Below, piece after piece: positions 21,470 to 36,400 of a stretch of 64,000 nucleotides of DNA (position 1 is the first letter of the stretch; the number at the start of each line of letters is the position of its first letter). Source of the stretch: Haliotis rubra (lineage: Eukaryota); NCBI RefSeq assembly GCF_003918875.1, contig NW_025765192.1, positions 1,922,001-1,986,000 on the forward strand. The letters are read 5' to 3'. Under the pieces are notes generated by a model, which made no database searches, was not told where the DNA came from, and was given only the letters and a program-made list of their open reading frames with translations. Made by a program: the position numbers and the translations under genes.

Positions 21470-24400
21470 ATGAACCTAGCAAGCCAGGCCGGGGAGCAGC
21501 AGTCTAACCTGTTGTTTGTCAATTTTAATCAAGATTGCACGTATGTTGATGCTTATTTTCACCAGAAATTCCCAGTCGTAATTACCACCCCTGACCCAAT
21601 TTCGTTTGTTTTTGTTTGGCAAATGCCTCCCATCTCAGCTGACTGCAACGCTAACTGTTGTCAATTTTTATTTCAGGTCCATCGCTGTCGGTACCAAATG
21701 TGGATATAAACTATTCTCGCTCAGCTCTGTCGATAAACTTGAACCTATCTATGATAATGGTAAGGTGTCAATTTTCACACAGTTTGCAATTTTATTCTTT
21801 GCAAGTCTTGTGGCCTAGTATTAGAAATGTCAGGGATATTTTTGGATATGACGGATTCATGTCGTGCTTAGAGCTGTTGCACCACGTCCATGAAGTTATT
21901 AATATACGAACATGTCTTTGTATAACAGGTGTTTGCTTGCCTTTCAAATATTGTAAGATGTGCAATACACTGGGTAAAATTTGTCAATATCTCACTCGAT
22001 GTTTACAAGAACTTGTAGATGTTTTGTTTGAATTCACAGCTGTTACTGCTTGTAATAGATTTATTGATAATGCAGGCAAAACAAGAGTAACATGAGAAAA
22101 GATACAATATTTATCATCATGCTTATTTTATGTATTATAAAGTGGTCATTTCCATTTGTAATCCATTCTAGTACAAATTTCCACATATCTTATCAGTGTA
22201 AACAATGATGTCTCACAAACATCATGAATAGCTCTTGACACTGTTACAGTGTTTGGTCAACATGTCAAGGTTTCCATTCAGGTTCACATAAGTTCAGTTG
22301 GTTAAATTACCTCAGTCAATATCTTATTGTCATGTCAATATTCACTCTGTATTGATCAGGTGAATCTGCCCACACAAAGAAATTCCGAAGTTTTTACCAT
22401 ACAATCTGATTATTTTGAAGCACTGAAAATTTCACTCTGCTGATGCCACTCTCTTTTCAGGTAGTTTCTGTTGATATTTTTTTGACAAAACTCATTTTGT
22501 ACCTGTAAGGCAAGTTGGTATCAAACAAATGTAAGTCAACTTGGACTAGAACATATCTGTGTACTATGACTTGACATACATGTACTTTGTTCATGATGTG
22601 CCTAAAACTTACTTACTTATGTATAAATCTGTGTCATGTATACGTTTAGTAATACAATTTTGGTAAATCTGCATAATTTTATATTTTATATTAAAAGCGT
22701 TAAATGGTCATGTGATTTCAAAACAATAGCACCCTGTGATTGTTTTTAAAATTGACAAACAGTCGATTTCACTTGATAAAGCAAAAAAGTAGGTCAGTAA
22801 CAGTTTCTAAACTAATTTTTGGAAACATTACACATATGTATGATGGCATCTGTGTTTCAATTCAACAGTTAATTGTACAATTGAACTTCTCTGTTTGTAG
22901 GTAATATGGTTTAGGTTTAAAATTGAATATGAAGTAGCACTGTCAATACTTTCATGTCTGATTGCCCTTTGTCCAAGCAGAAGAAAAGGTTTCTATTCTG
23001 TTAAGTGTTGCCACCTGCTACTGAACAACCTCCAATGGATGCTAATTGCATTAGAAGATTTTGGTCCTTATGTAATCAATCATGCCTTGGGTTAAGGTGG
23101 CTGGAACACTTGATTGATCTGCCCTCCAGGCTCTTTGCACTTGACCGACTCATTGACCAGGACAGTCAAATCCTCCACAGGTCATGTTCACTCATGTGCT
23201 GAGGAATGAACTGAACATACTCAGTGGAATGTTGACTGCTTGGAGTTTACGGAGTTGTATATTTGCTTGTTACCTTGACTCGTAGGGAAGGCTTTTGTCT
23301 ATGTGGTTTTCATTAATGTCATTCATTTGGTTGAAGTTGCATGAGATTGTCAAGATAGATACAGGGCTATAATTAGCCAGCTGGAATTGTCTTACTTTCA
23401 CAGAAGCAATATTAAGCTGTACAGAAGCAAAATATTTCGGGTTGTTATTGTTGTACTAAAAGTCAAAGTTGTTGCATTTCAATTTCATAGTTGAAATAGT
23501 ATTTTTACCAGAGATTTGTTCAGAAAAGAATTTGGTATGAAACCAACAAAACAACAAAGAAATATTTTACAATTAGCAGTTGTATTCTGAAATTGACAAA
23601 GTTTTCAAACCAAGATTAACATATATAATCCCAGAAATATAGTTATCTTGTTAGATAATATTAAAAATATATCCGCTGATCTGAGTGTAGTATTCAGGGC
23701 AACAATAGGTAATTAAAGATTGTCTGACTTTCAAAATCATTTTTTTTGTAATAAACTCTGAAGAAAACCAGCATCCTAACAACCCTGCATGATACAATGT
23801 TACCTTAGTGGATGGTTTCACATTGCGAAAAGAAATAATACGTCTACGACCTTTTTAGTTCAAACCATTGTGTTTAGTAGAGATCCAACAGGACCAGTAG
23901 ATTTTTCTATGCGCTGGTCGTTTTGACCAATGAGAAATTTTGGTCAGTGTTAAACACTGATCAGTCACAGTCCTGGATTCAATATCAGTACATAATAGAA
24001 TGTGTGAAACCTGTTTGATCTGACATGATATTGCTTTGATAGCAACACAAGGACTCATTTTCACAACAATGAACGGTTGATTGACACAATGTGTGACTTA
24101 TTCTTAGCCCAAATGTTTTGTTTAATGTGGTCAGATAGAAAGTTCTATGTCATTATCTACAGTACAACATAGTTACCATATACTGTAACTGTCACACTTT
24201 ACTTTGTTAAAATGTAAATGCAGACACTGTCTTCTTAAGCAGTGTGGGGCGGTCTAGTGGTTAAAGCGGTCTATTGGTTAAAGCGTTCGCTGGTCACGCC
24301 AAAGACCAGGGTTCGATTCCCCACATGGGTACACATGGTACAATGTGTGAAGCCTATTTCTTGTGTCCCTGTCATGATATTGCTGGAATATTGCTAAAAG

Positions 24401-27400
24401 CAGCCTAAACCTAAACTCACTCACTCTTTTGTCATGTATAGCATCATATATATCTCTATGGGTAACCGTGGTAAAGGTGATCAAGGTTATCAGGATTCTA
24501 GTAAGTAGATGGCAAAAATCTTGCAAGTGTTGGTACCACTGATGAAGATCTTTTTTTTATGCTCTGCTTTTTAGTATCTTATCGTCGTAGTACAGTACAA
24601 CCAGAAATTATTGAGAATTTAAAGATTGTAATTTTTGTTCAGGTTTCATGATCGGTGATAGATTTCCTCGACTTTTCTGCCAACCCATTGAATGCAGCTC
24701 AGTTCTAATTGTCTCCTTACAGACAGCCACAGTTCCTCTATCAGTTTTCTAAACGCCTTCGTTTGTTTTTTAGAAACAAGAATACCAAGCCGCCTCCTGT
24801 CACCGACAGTCAATTTTCTGGGCCTACCTGCGCCTCCCTGATGCTCAATGCCATATCCATTTGCAATATTTTTCAAAACACGATAAACAGTGGACAAAGG
24901 GATGCTTGTTCTACTTGAAATCACTTTAGCTGATCTGATGTCCTTGTTATAATACTCTAAAATCAACTTCCCCTTCTCTAAATCATCCATACTGAGGATC
25001 ACTGAAAATGTCGTCTGCTAGCAAGTAAACAAAGGGGGATAACTCTTCACAAACTAATGAAAAAGGATTAACAGAGTTGTCTCTCTTGAATGAACCCAAG
25101 CACTTGATAGCTGGTCAAGGTTGTTTTTACTAGAAATCCAATTAAACATATTCCTAAAATTCTCAATAATTTCTGGTCATACTATATCTTCCTATTTTAT
25201 TAATATTTTCATTGTTCCCACCCTCCAACATATTGTCACCCTGTTTGCCGCTGTGATGTTGCTGGAATATTTCTAAAAGGCGTAAAACCAAACTCAGTCA
25301 GTCACCCTGTTTGAATAAGTTGTTGAAATGTACCGGTAGTACTAAACTGTCACCTCCACTCATGAAGTAAATAAGTTAATTGTTTTCAAATGTAATAGGT
25401 ATGTACAAAAAATAAATAATAATAATGATGTGTTTAGTCTACCCCAGCTCAGTATGAACTGAGAAAACATCAAAACATTTACATTTTGCATGATCATAGA
25501 CGAGGCTTGTTTCCCAGGGTGATCTACATGTTCAACAACTGTTTGTGTTTAAGTACACCTGTTAAACCAGGCACAGTGTGTTCGTCATGTGTCTCTTGAA
25601 TTGATATATTTTTTTCCCAAGTACTTGAATCAAGGGACCTTTGAAAAAGTTTATTTTTAAATACCAGTTGTAGGAAGATAGCATAAAGACAAACATTTAC
25701 ATTCATTTCAGCAAACAAAACAGGGCCTTCATTTTCGAAGCTCTCTTAGCTCTAAGATAGTCGTGAGTTAACGTTGATGTATGGCATTTACGACTATCTT
25801 AGGGCTAAGAGAGCTTCGAAAATCTATGCCCAGGCTTTTAGCATGATTAGGGCTAAATTAATTGATAATCAGAAATATCTAATCATGTTATCACATGTTA
25901 TCACTATATATTTGTGATTGCACTTTCTCAGTTATGGAAAATATTGTTGCTGGGAAGAATTATTCATGATTATTGATATGAAAACAAAACCATTGATAAA
26001 CTGTTTTGACAAAATTAAGTTTAATTTTACATGCATAATACAGAAAGTACAACATTATTCAGAGGCAACTTCTAGATTATGTTCAGAAAGCTGTTTCAGT
26101 TAATAATCAATGAATTAATGTGTCACCACTTGCCAGTGACTTGAAGTATGGGTATTTTTTCAGACTTTATTTTTCATTTTGCCCCACGTTTCTCCAATTT
26201 TTGTGAATAATCGATCAATATTTAGAAAATGATTATTGATGTCAATGATCTATATTGATACTGATAGCTCGAGAGGCTGATATTCCTGTCACTTTTATCA
26301 GTCATTTGATAGTTGTTAATCGTTACACACATCATGCACATACAGACCAATGACGGTCCGGGTTAGAACAATGGCCTTCAGTAACCCATGCTTGTCGTAA
26401 GAGGCGACTAACGAGATCGGGTGGTCCTTACTGGCTTGGTTGACATGTCATCGGTTCCCAGTTGCGCAGATCGATGCTCATGCTGTTTGATCACTGGATT
26501 GTCTGGTCCAGACTCGATTGTTTACAGACCACTGCCATATAGCTGGAATATTGCTGAATGCGGCGTAAAACTCACTCACTCACTCATGCACATACTATTA
26601 TATTAGTTTGTCTCACAGTCCCTGAACCAAGGTGTTTTCCTTCCTCCCAGCAATTGATGTCATTCATATCTGTAAGTGATGCAGGTCCAGATTTTCTTCA
26701 GGTTCTGAATGTCACTAAGGTTCTTCTCCACTTTAAATAGAGTTACTTGATACTGGTATTTGTTTCCATCAACGTTATTTATTTTAAGAGACTCAGTGTT
26801 TCTCTAACTATCATGTTAACAGGAACTGATTTTGAGTTTTCTAATTATGATCCAGGAATTTGTGAAAGTCATGCCTCAGTCAAGTCACTAATGGGACTGT
26901 CTTACAAGGAAGTGTAATTCTGATCAGTGGTAACCATGGTAACACCATGAACAAACATCAACAAATCATCACGATATATTCAAACACTTTGTTGCACATA
27001 ATATGTGCATTGATATCATTAAGAATGAAACATTATCAGATTATACTGAAAAAATATATTTTCATTATTGCTCATTGACCGGAATGACCCTGTTGTCTTT
27101 TCCACCAATTCCATTGTGCTTTATTGTATAAGTATTACAGTTAATACAGTTAGTTCATTAGCAACATGCTCTTCAAAGAACTCAAGAGTTTAGGGATGTA
27201 GGGGAACTGTCAAATTATCACAATTTGTTTCCCTTTACTAGTCCTACATCAAAATGAATTTAATAGAACAAATTGTATCATCAGTGTTATGCTTGACGAT
27301 CGATAGTCACAATAGTTGCAATTGGTTATTAATAATTGATATGTTATGCAACCTTCAAACCTGCCTGACTGGTTGGACAGCAAGAATAATGATGACTTTG

Positions 27401-30400
27401 GATTAGAGTTACTTCCCTTCATACTGTTGCAATAGTTTACAAATGTCTCAATACTATTGCAGGATTGCTGGCTACCATTGAAATACAATCACAATAGTGA
27501 AAATACCTCTCAATTTGCCTGCCCAAAACACTTAGTTAGAAATTCAAGGTAAATCCTTATTACATGTGGAATGACTGAAAGTGTTCAACTTATTCACCCA
27601 ATATGTTTATCCTCGCCACTTTACTCATACATTATTTTCAAATCTAAACAAGATTCACAAAGTTGGTAAACAGACCACAAGCTGTATTTCACTAACATCC
27701 AGTTAATATGGTTGAGGGGCTGTGGGGTAGCCCAGTGGTCAAAGCATCACGCCGGAGGACCTAGTTCAATTCCCCACATGGGTACAATGTGTAAAGCCCA
27801 TGTCTGGTGTCCCTGCCATGATATTGCTGGAATATTGCTAAAAGCGGCGTAAAACCCAACTCACTCAATAGTATGGTTGACGTTTTAAAATATTCCCAAC
27901 CTGCTGTAAAATGTATCTCTCATCATGCTCAGTGGCTGTCATTTATACAAAACCAATCACCATGATTAGCAACTTATCAGATCATAATATTTCTTTGTCA
28001 TTGCTGTCTTAAGACAGTTACCATGGTAACACATAGTAACTGTCAGCGTTAATAGGTGTTTTGCATGTTATGTGGATTATTTGTGACCTACATCATGTAT
28101 TTATGGAGAATTCATTTAATATGTCACAACTGGTTTGTTACTACAGAAGCAAAGCCAGGTAAAAAGCTTTTGTTGAACATCATCTACATGAAAGTCTTAC
28201 TATACACTTTAATCCAGGAGAGCCCTGTGAAAACATCTAGGCATTATTAAAGCTCACATTGTAGGATAGGTAAGAAAATATATGAAGTTTATATATGCTG
28301 TTATTCATACACACCCCAGTTGTTGTGATGCCAGATTTTGTTTTACAAGGAGTGCAAAACATATGTTAAAAGTGACTTAGATACATTTTGGAATACACAA
28401 GTTGAAATTAAAATGATTTCTAATATGGAGTAGTGTGGAATTGTTTATTACTCAGTTAAACTCACTATATTACCTTATATCAAAGTCTATCTCCAAAGTC
28501 TAGTATTTAACAATAAGATGCTAATTCTAAATTTGTTTACACCAAACTAAAGCTACACCAGCTCATATCTCAATATGTCACAATACAGTGGTTTTTTTAC
28601 AATACCCAACCCTACTAGCGTTATCAAATGGGTGGTCTCTTCATGGGGGAGTCATAATATATACCAGATATACTACAAGCACTATTCAGCTTGTGATAGG
28701 GATTTCTGTTTTCCCAGGATTCACCATATTGATTATATTATAGGGTATCAACAATTTAGGTACCATTTCATTCATATTTCTTGTAAATTGTTTCAGAGTA
28801 CTGATAATTGTAATGTCATTTATATACTTAGTTTCCATTGTATGAAAGTTGCACTTCCTAGAATATAATATAATGTCTATTATTTCAACGCGGCAATAAA
28901 AAGACCAAACACAATGAAAATGAACAATAACAGAACATACGAAAACAGTCATGGTATGACTCACAAAATGTACCTGAGGATTCAGACATTTTAGGGATGC
29001 GTTCATCTATTATGCAAAGTACATTCCTAAATTACAACTACATATTACTTTATTAGGTAGGTCATTTTATGGATATGTGACATGACATTCACCGAATTCT
29101 CAGTTTAATTTTAATTTATTTTGTTTATCCATTGCCTTGGACAATAATGTATAATAAATGTAAAAGCCATTGAAAGACATCATACATATTACTTTATTAG
29201 GTAGGTCATCAGGGATATGTGACATGACATTCACCGAGTCTCAGTTAATGTTTATGGTTGCCTTGGGGCAAGACGAGACAAATGTGTTGCACACAGGTTA
29301 ACAGTCGTTAACCCTGAGACTTGTTTGAGTATATCAGTGACTATAGATTACTGCACATTCACAAACTGTGCACATTTTGAAGACCGTGAGTCACCCATTG
29401 TTGTAATCAGCTGTTTTAGTTTTAAGGGTTTGCCATCTTTTGTTCCAGATACGGATGATATCTGTATTGTCGAACGGTTATTTTCAAGCAGTCTGGTTGC
29501 CATTGTTAGTCTATCATCACCACGGAAGTTAAAAGTATGTCATTTCAAGAAGGGGACGGAAATCTGCAACTACAGCTACTCAAATTCTATATTAGCAGTC
29601 AAGTTAAACCGACAGGTAAGTCCTCCTCCATGCAAGTGGCATTATTCAGATCCCAGAGTGGTTAGTGTTCACGAATGGTGTTTCAAAGTCACAGGACATT
29701 GGGTCCTGTAAGTTTCAGATGTCTGTCTGACCCATTGAAAATGCACAGGACCCATGAAATAAAATTATACACACATTTCAGATTTAATATTTCTTATAAA
29801 TGACATTGAAATTATTAACAAACATAAGATTTATAAACAGCAAACAAGTGTCACATGTCACATAAAACAACCTCAGTCAAAGTCACTGTGAAATATACAG
29901 TCAGACACTGGGGCCGGCAGGTTGTAGACTTCTGTCTGACCGTTGGCGAATCTGCCGGATTTGTCAGAGGGTCAGACGCTATTCGTGAACACTGGTGGTT
30001 GCCATGATTGTAGTGTGGATTCCAGAAGCCTTCAGTACCCTGTGCATTAATGTGCAAACTACAGTGTGGGGTAGTCATGTGGTTAAAGCATTCACTTGTC
30101 ACGCTGAAAGCCAGGGTTTGATTCTCCATATGAGTCAGATTTCCCGGTGTGCCCCAGCATGATGGCAGAAGTGTTGCTGAAAGCTAGAACTTTACTCTCT
30201 CCAAAGTGTCTTCTGAGAACAAGTACAAATTAGATGGTTTTCCACTCAATATGTCTCAATTGTATCTCACAGCTTTCTAATGTTTCTGGGGCTATACCAT
30301 GTGTACATATTTGGTATTCCTAGATTGTTTGTTCATGTGGTCATTATGATACTGTAACTGACAATGCTATGGAATTACATTTATGCTGTCACTCAAACAA

Positions 30401-33400
30401 TATTTCATGGTGAAATTGAGTTTTTCCATAAATATGATAAATTATTTTGTAGGTTATTTGTTTGCTTGTTTGTTTGTTTATTTATTTACCAAAGTTTATA
30501 CGTGGTGAAGATTATACACATGAATAATATGTGTATACGTCAGTGTGATGTGAAAAGTCATGATGATTAGCCAACATAATGGCTATCCACACAAGTATCA
30601 AACTATAATATGGTATGCCCTGTACAACAGAGATTAATAGTATGCCTGGAAGAGAGCCTGTATATACACAACATCCGGGACATGAAGGTCCTCCACACAA
30701 TCAGGGACACTCCCTCCAACCCCATCGGACTCTGCGCTCTCGCCGTCAGCAATGACAACTGTTTCCTTGCCTACCCAGGAAGCAACCAGATCGGGGAAGT
30801 GCAGATCTTCGACACGATCAACTTGGTAAGTGAAGTGTGCTTCCACCTTGATGCCATATGTTTTCAGTTTGTAATGAAAATGTTGGCCTGGTGGCTATCA
30901 AAGGTATGGATTGCCTAAGTTTAGGCTTCAAAGTGTATGTTAACACAGGGCTACAGATAAAGGGCATACAGGCGTAATGTAAGCCCTCAAAATCAATTAA
31001 GTCGACACAATATCAGATTTCAAAGTATGGTCGTAATGCGCACATAAATACTAGCAAATGCGATCTAACATTTAATTTCCGTCGCGTGTCGTGCAAATGG
31101 AAATCTATTTGGGATAAATACTTGTTCAGTTTCTTTTGCGAAGCCTGATTTGACACATAAGGAAACACCGACAGTAGGAATCCCTTGCATTGCCATACAG
31201 CGATATGCGTCGCTATTTTTCGATTGGCTAAAACTACACTGTTCCTATTTATATTTAAAAAAACTTTACACATTATTAGAGCCCTATCCAAGTATTGTAA
31301 GGTGATATCGAGACATTTCGAACAACACCCAAAGTGATTGGATGAAGTAAAGGTCATGGTCACTCAGTGTTAGTTTGGCACAGAATAAGTTTTTATGATA
31401 ACTCAAGTGTTAATGATTGGACTTTAGTGAAACACAGCATGCACATCTGTTACATGTCTAAGGTTGGATCTTGATTGCATTGACAGCTGTTGGAAGACCT
31501 CCATATAAGGGCAGATATCAAGTTATATAACATTGTTAATATTTCATGAAATATAAGGTTATTTCATAAATAATCAAAGGAATATGCAGCCTGTTTAGAA
31601 TTACTCTGAACACGGTCAATAATTAACTGTATACCTATGTTATACAGGATGGTGTCAAATCTCATTGTTGCTTTGAAGGTCATTCAGTGACTTAATAGTT
31701 TCGAAGTAAACATTTGTTTCACAAGTATTTGTAACACAACAATAGTTTACAGGTAGTAATGTTGCATGTAAGTGGATGATGTTTAAAATCAATGTCCCTC
31801 AAGGGAAGTAGACATCCCAAAACTGAGCATTTGTGATTTTAATCCTCAGAATTAAGTATCTCTTGGCAGCGCATGACTGAGAGTGAAGGTCAAGGTCATT
31901 AAACTGGAAATATTCATCATGCTTAGGGACCATTATGGCTGGGGGTGATGATTTTAAGAAGGGTGTCATTCATTTTGATCTGGGGAGATAGAGGGGTCAT
32001 CAATTTTGTGCACATGTACTTGGGGTGGGAGTGGGAGGGGTCAGCAATTTTGTAAATAAAAATATTTAAGAATTATGCATAAAAATATGGGCAAGTGTTG
32101 GGGTGTCATTGATTTTGTACATGACATATAACATGGGGGGGCATTTGGCATGGGTTTCTTTACAGGAAGTCATGTTGTTAAACTGGAAGTTCTTACATTG
32201 GGTATTCATCACAGGTGATTTTTAAAGTGGAAAATATCAAGCATGTCGAGTAAATCACTTTTTCCAAATACTGATTAATGGGACAAGACTTTGTTATTGA
32301 GAAATTTGCTGTAGTCATGAAATAGATGAATGGTTTAGGAACAGAGTGTATCTGAGAAGAGTTCTTACACAGTTCCTGTGTTTTCTTTAAGTTGATTCCG
32401 CTGTGGGAATGGTAGGAACCCAGCTCGTTAGTGCTTGTTGTTAGCCGGTTTTCAACTTCACTCAGGTAACATATTGGCTAGGGCTAGTCAATACTATAGT
32501 CTGTGGCAAAAACTGTTGACAGTACCACCCTGAACCTCACCTGTACCATTTTCAGTAGAATTTGATGTTATTATGTTAACTATTATTTGCTGAGCTTACC
32601 AGAAGGTGCAGAATTGGACAAGACTAGGGCAATGGACTAGCGGTGAAGTCACATGCTAACATCGTCATGCTTATCGTTGTCAGCTGTTACATGCCACTGA
32701 TGCCAGGTTGTGATGATAGCTATGCAGATGGCTTCAAGCAGAGGAACTTGTCTGTATAAATGTCTTGACAGAAATTTATTTCTGAGATAACACAACAGCA
32801 CATGGATTCCCTTCATTATAACTTTCCTGTCTTTGTGTTTGTTTATGAAAGAGACATAAGTGTTGTTGCAAAAAATGCTGAAGTACTTCAAGACTTGATT
32901 CAGAGTTAGCAAGTATTTCACAAACCTTTCAGTTATGGGACAGAAGGGGTCTCCAGTACGCTTATGCCTGTCTCTGAAGTATTGAGAAAATGACTTCTAC
33001 AGAATATCATTCATGAAACATTGGCAGTGTCTCCTATGCCTGTCTGCCAGGGGCTTGTCAGACCTAATTAGTGTCAGGTGGTTACAAATGTCATGAATTG
33101 CTGCTCATGCTGTTGATCACTGGACTGTCTGGCCCAGATTTGATTATTTACAGACCACGGCCATACAGCTGGAATACTGCTGAGTGTGGTGTTAAACAAC
33201 AAACCAACCAACTGCTCATACTATTGACCATTGGATCAAATATTCACTCTTCACCAACCCATGTTTGTCATTGAGAGGCAGCTAATAGGATCACATGGCC
33301 AGGCTCACTGATTTGGTGGATGTCTCTCATCATGTCACAATGTTTATACAGATCGATGTTCGTGATGCCAATCATTGAATTGTTGGGTTGAGACTTGATT

Positions 33401-36400
33401 ATTTACAGACTGCCATCATATAGAAGGAATATTGCTGAGTGTAGCAGTAAGCAACAACAACAGCATCAACATGCATGATTATTCACATGTTGCATGTCTG
33501 TGACTGAAATATGGCTGCCTGCATCATCACACAACACTTATTCATCTGACCTTATTCTTGCAGAGGGCAGTGACCATGATCCCAGCTCATGACAACCCCT
33601 TGGCAGCCCTAGCTTTCAGTGCAAAGGGAGACAGATTGGCTACAGCCTCAGAAAAGGTATGTCTCTTATAGTGCGATAAACAGGAACATTTAGAAACCAT
33701 TACATGATGATAAATATCTAATCAATTGGAAATGGTCAGTAAAAAGCAAAAGCAGATACATTGTAGTTCTGCTGGCACTATTTGAAAATATGTGGAACGT
33801 AAGAAATTGATGCATATTTTTACTAGTCCTGAACCCCAATCCACAAAGTGTTCGTGGAATTACAGCATTCGCAATCCTCTGATAAACTATATAGTTAAGA
33901 TAGCTTGTAACGCTGCGAACACTTTGGACCCTGATATGTTGTAATTTAGACCAACAAGGAAATGCTACTGATCCTTCATGAAATTACTTCATAACACATG
34001 TTGATGTTTATGTTATGTACAAGAAAATGTATGTAGATGTATGGATATCTTTATTTGTGTAATAAAATACCTTTCCATCGCTGTCCAGGGAACAGTCATT
34101 CGGGTCTTCTCTATACCAGATGGCCAGAAAATCTTTGAGTTCAGGAGAGGGGTGAAAAGGTCAGTAGATACGTTATTCATTTAATATGACATATTTTTCC
34201 TTATCCTGACTCATGCTTATATGCTTATCTCCTTCCTCTATGCGAATGGTAGTGGAACACTTGAATCCCTTGAAGTTCCCGAAGAGGACGTAAAAGTTCA
34301 CTCACCCACGAGTTGCCTCCCTTTCCCCGCGCAAACAGTCATCTGACCTGCCATGCTTGTCACTCTCACCTTCAACCATCCGCTTGGGCGAGCACTGGAG
34401 TCCCGTATACGGCACCATATCCTTTAATATTTAGATCCTTTTATCCAAATTCAGCTGTGTATGGTTTCTGGTTATATTTAACTTTAATTGTAAGCCAAAA
34501 TTTTGAAAAAATTATTCATATTTTACATTTGATGAAATCTTGCAGTGGTTGCAGGTACCGGTTATCAGCGGCTGATCCTCACCCCCAATGTCCGTCATGT
34601 ATTAGTCCATGTTCTTCCAGCTTGCGTAGCAGATATTGTATTAATTTACCAGATTGGCAATTTAATCGTTATTTGTCTTACTTTTTTAAACGTGCGATGG
34701 TTTCTAGATAAAAAGCCGGTAACCTTATGTTGTTAACTACTGCTGTAATTCATAACGCAGGTGATTTGCCGAGTACGTTCCAGGGACAGTCGGCTGTGGC
34801 TAGTCGGGACTCAGCCAGGTCCAAGAAGAGATCTGCTTCTACTGAGATTGACGCCAGCGGGGAGTAAGAAAAAGATGTCCTCATTGTCTGCGACGAAGAA
34901 GAAGTCATCTTCATCTAGAACTTCGTCGAAGTCAACTGCGTTCCAGTAAAACAACGCAGAGGTCGATTAATGAAGACATTGTGCCTCCTGACGAAGCAGA
35001 TGTTTATGCTGACCCCCCGATACTGCTACCTGAAGTACCAGTAAGATCATCGACACAGTCTACTTCCACGGCGACACGATCGTCCCCTGCAACCTCGACA
35101 GCCGTTCAACTATTTGAAGATCAGCCGTTAGCAACGCAGACGTCTGTCAACATAGACAACGACAGCGTAGCATCGTCGCAGTTGCAAGTAGACTCACTTG
35201 ACGCCTCAGCGTTCTTTACCGCTTCATCTACACCGCATATCAGTTCCGGCCTACAACGCAGAAGTTCGACCCAGGTGACATTATGAGTCAGTTTACAACG
35301 CAGATGATGGCGATGATGGAGCAGATGTTCGCTGAAGAGAGAGCATCCCTGAGTCTACGAGAGGTTCGGCGAACATCCCAGAATCTACAAGAGGTTCGTC
35401 GAACGTCCCTGAGTCAACTAGAGGTTCTGCAAACCCTAACGTTTGAGAACGTCAGACGGAGGAAGATGCCCCTCGAGATCCAGTCGTTCTACATAAGTAT
35501 CCCACAGCACTCATACACACAGATCAGCGTCGTCACGTTCATACGAACATTTGTGGAAGGAAGGTTCATCAAGCGTCACGTTCAGTGAAGGAAGGTTCAC
35601 GGAAGGAAGGTTCACCGAACCCGGAAGTATCTGAGGAAGAGGGCCACTTCATCTTCTCGGAAGCAGAGGTCACATCGTGGATTGCTAATAGACTGGACTG
35701 GACTGGACTCCCCTCCAAGGAATTGGATGCAGCATTCACATACAAGATGTGGAATGATGACTTCGACACCCTCATGATTCCACCAATTGAACCGATCTCC
35801 AAGGTGTCTGCTAACCTCCATGCAGCGTTTGAGAAAAGCAACCCGACACCAGAATCAACATCTACCTACATTCAATGCTAGGAGGTTCCCTCTGCATCAT
35901 ATGGACCCTTTTTGAGAGCACCAGCTTGGATGATAACATGAAACTGATCAACGACTCCCAGAATAAGTCTTACAAAGTGGAAGACAAGAAAATTGCTCAA
36001 CTCGACACCACGACTAGAAGAACTTTGGCTTGGCGAGATCCAGGGCGATCAACGAGATGTTGATATCCAGATTCCAGAACCCCAAGACGGAGGAAGATAG
36101 AATGATTCTATCTGCACTATTAACTCGGAAAAAGGACCAGGACTTCATGTCGGATCACTTGGTCTCAACATCAGCGGGTCTCACTCTGCTATGAAGACAA
36201 GGTCTACTATCATCATGTTCCTGGAGTGACAAGGTTTACCCAACCACTACTAAGAGTTCCTTGGGCAGCGCCTACTATCTTCGGCGGAGAGATCGATGAA
36301 GTTGCCAGGAAAGTTACACATGATTCCAGAGAAGTCATGATGATCAAGTCCATTGACACGTTGGCCAATGTCATTTGTCAAACGTCACAGAGATACAGCA

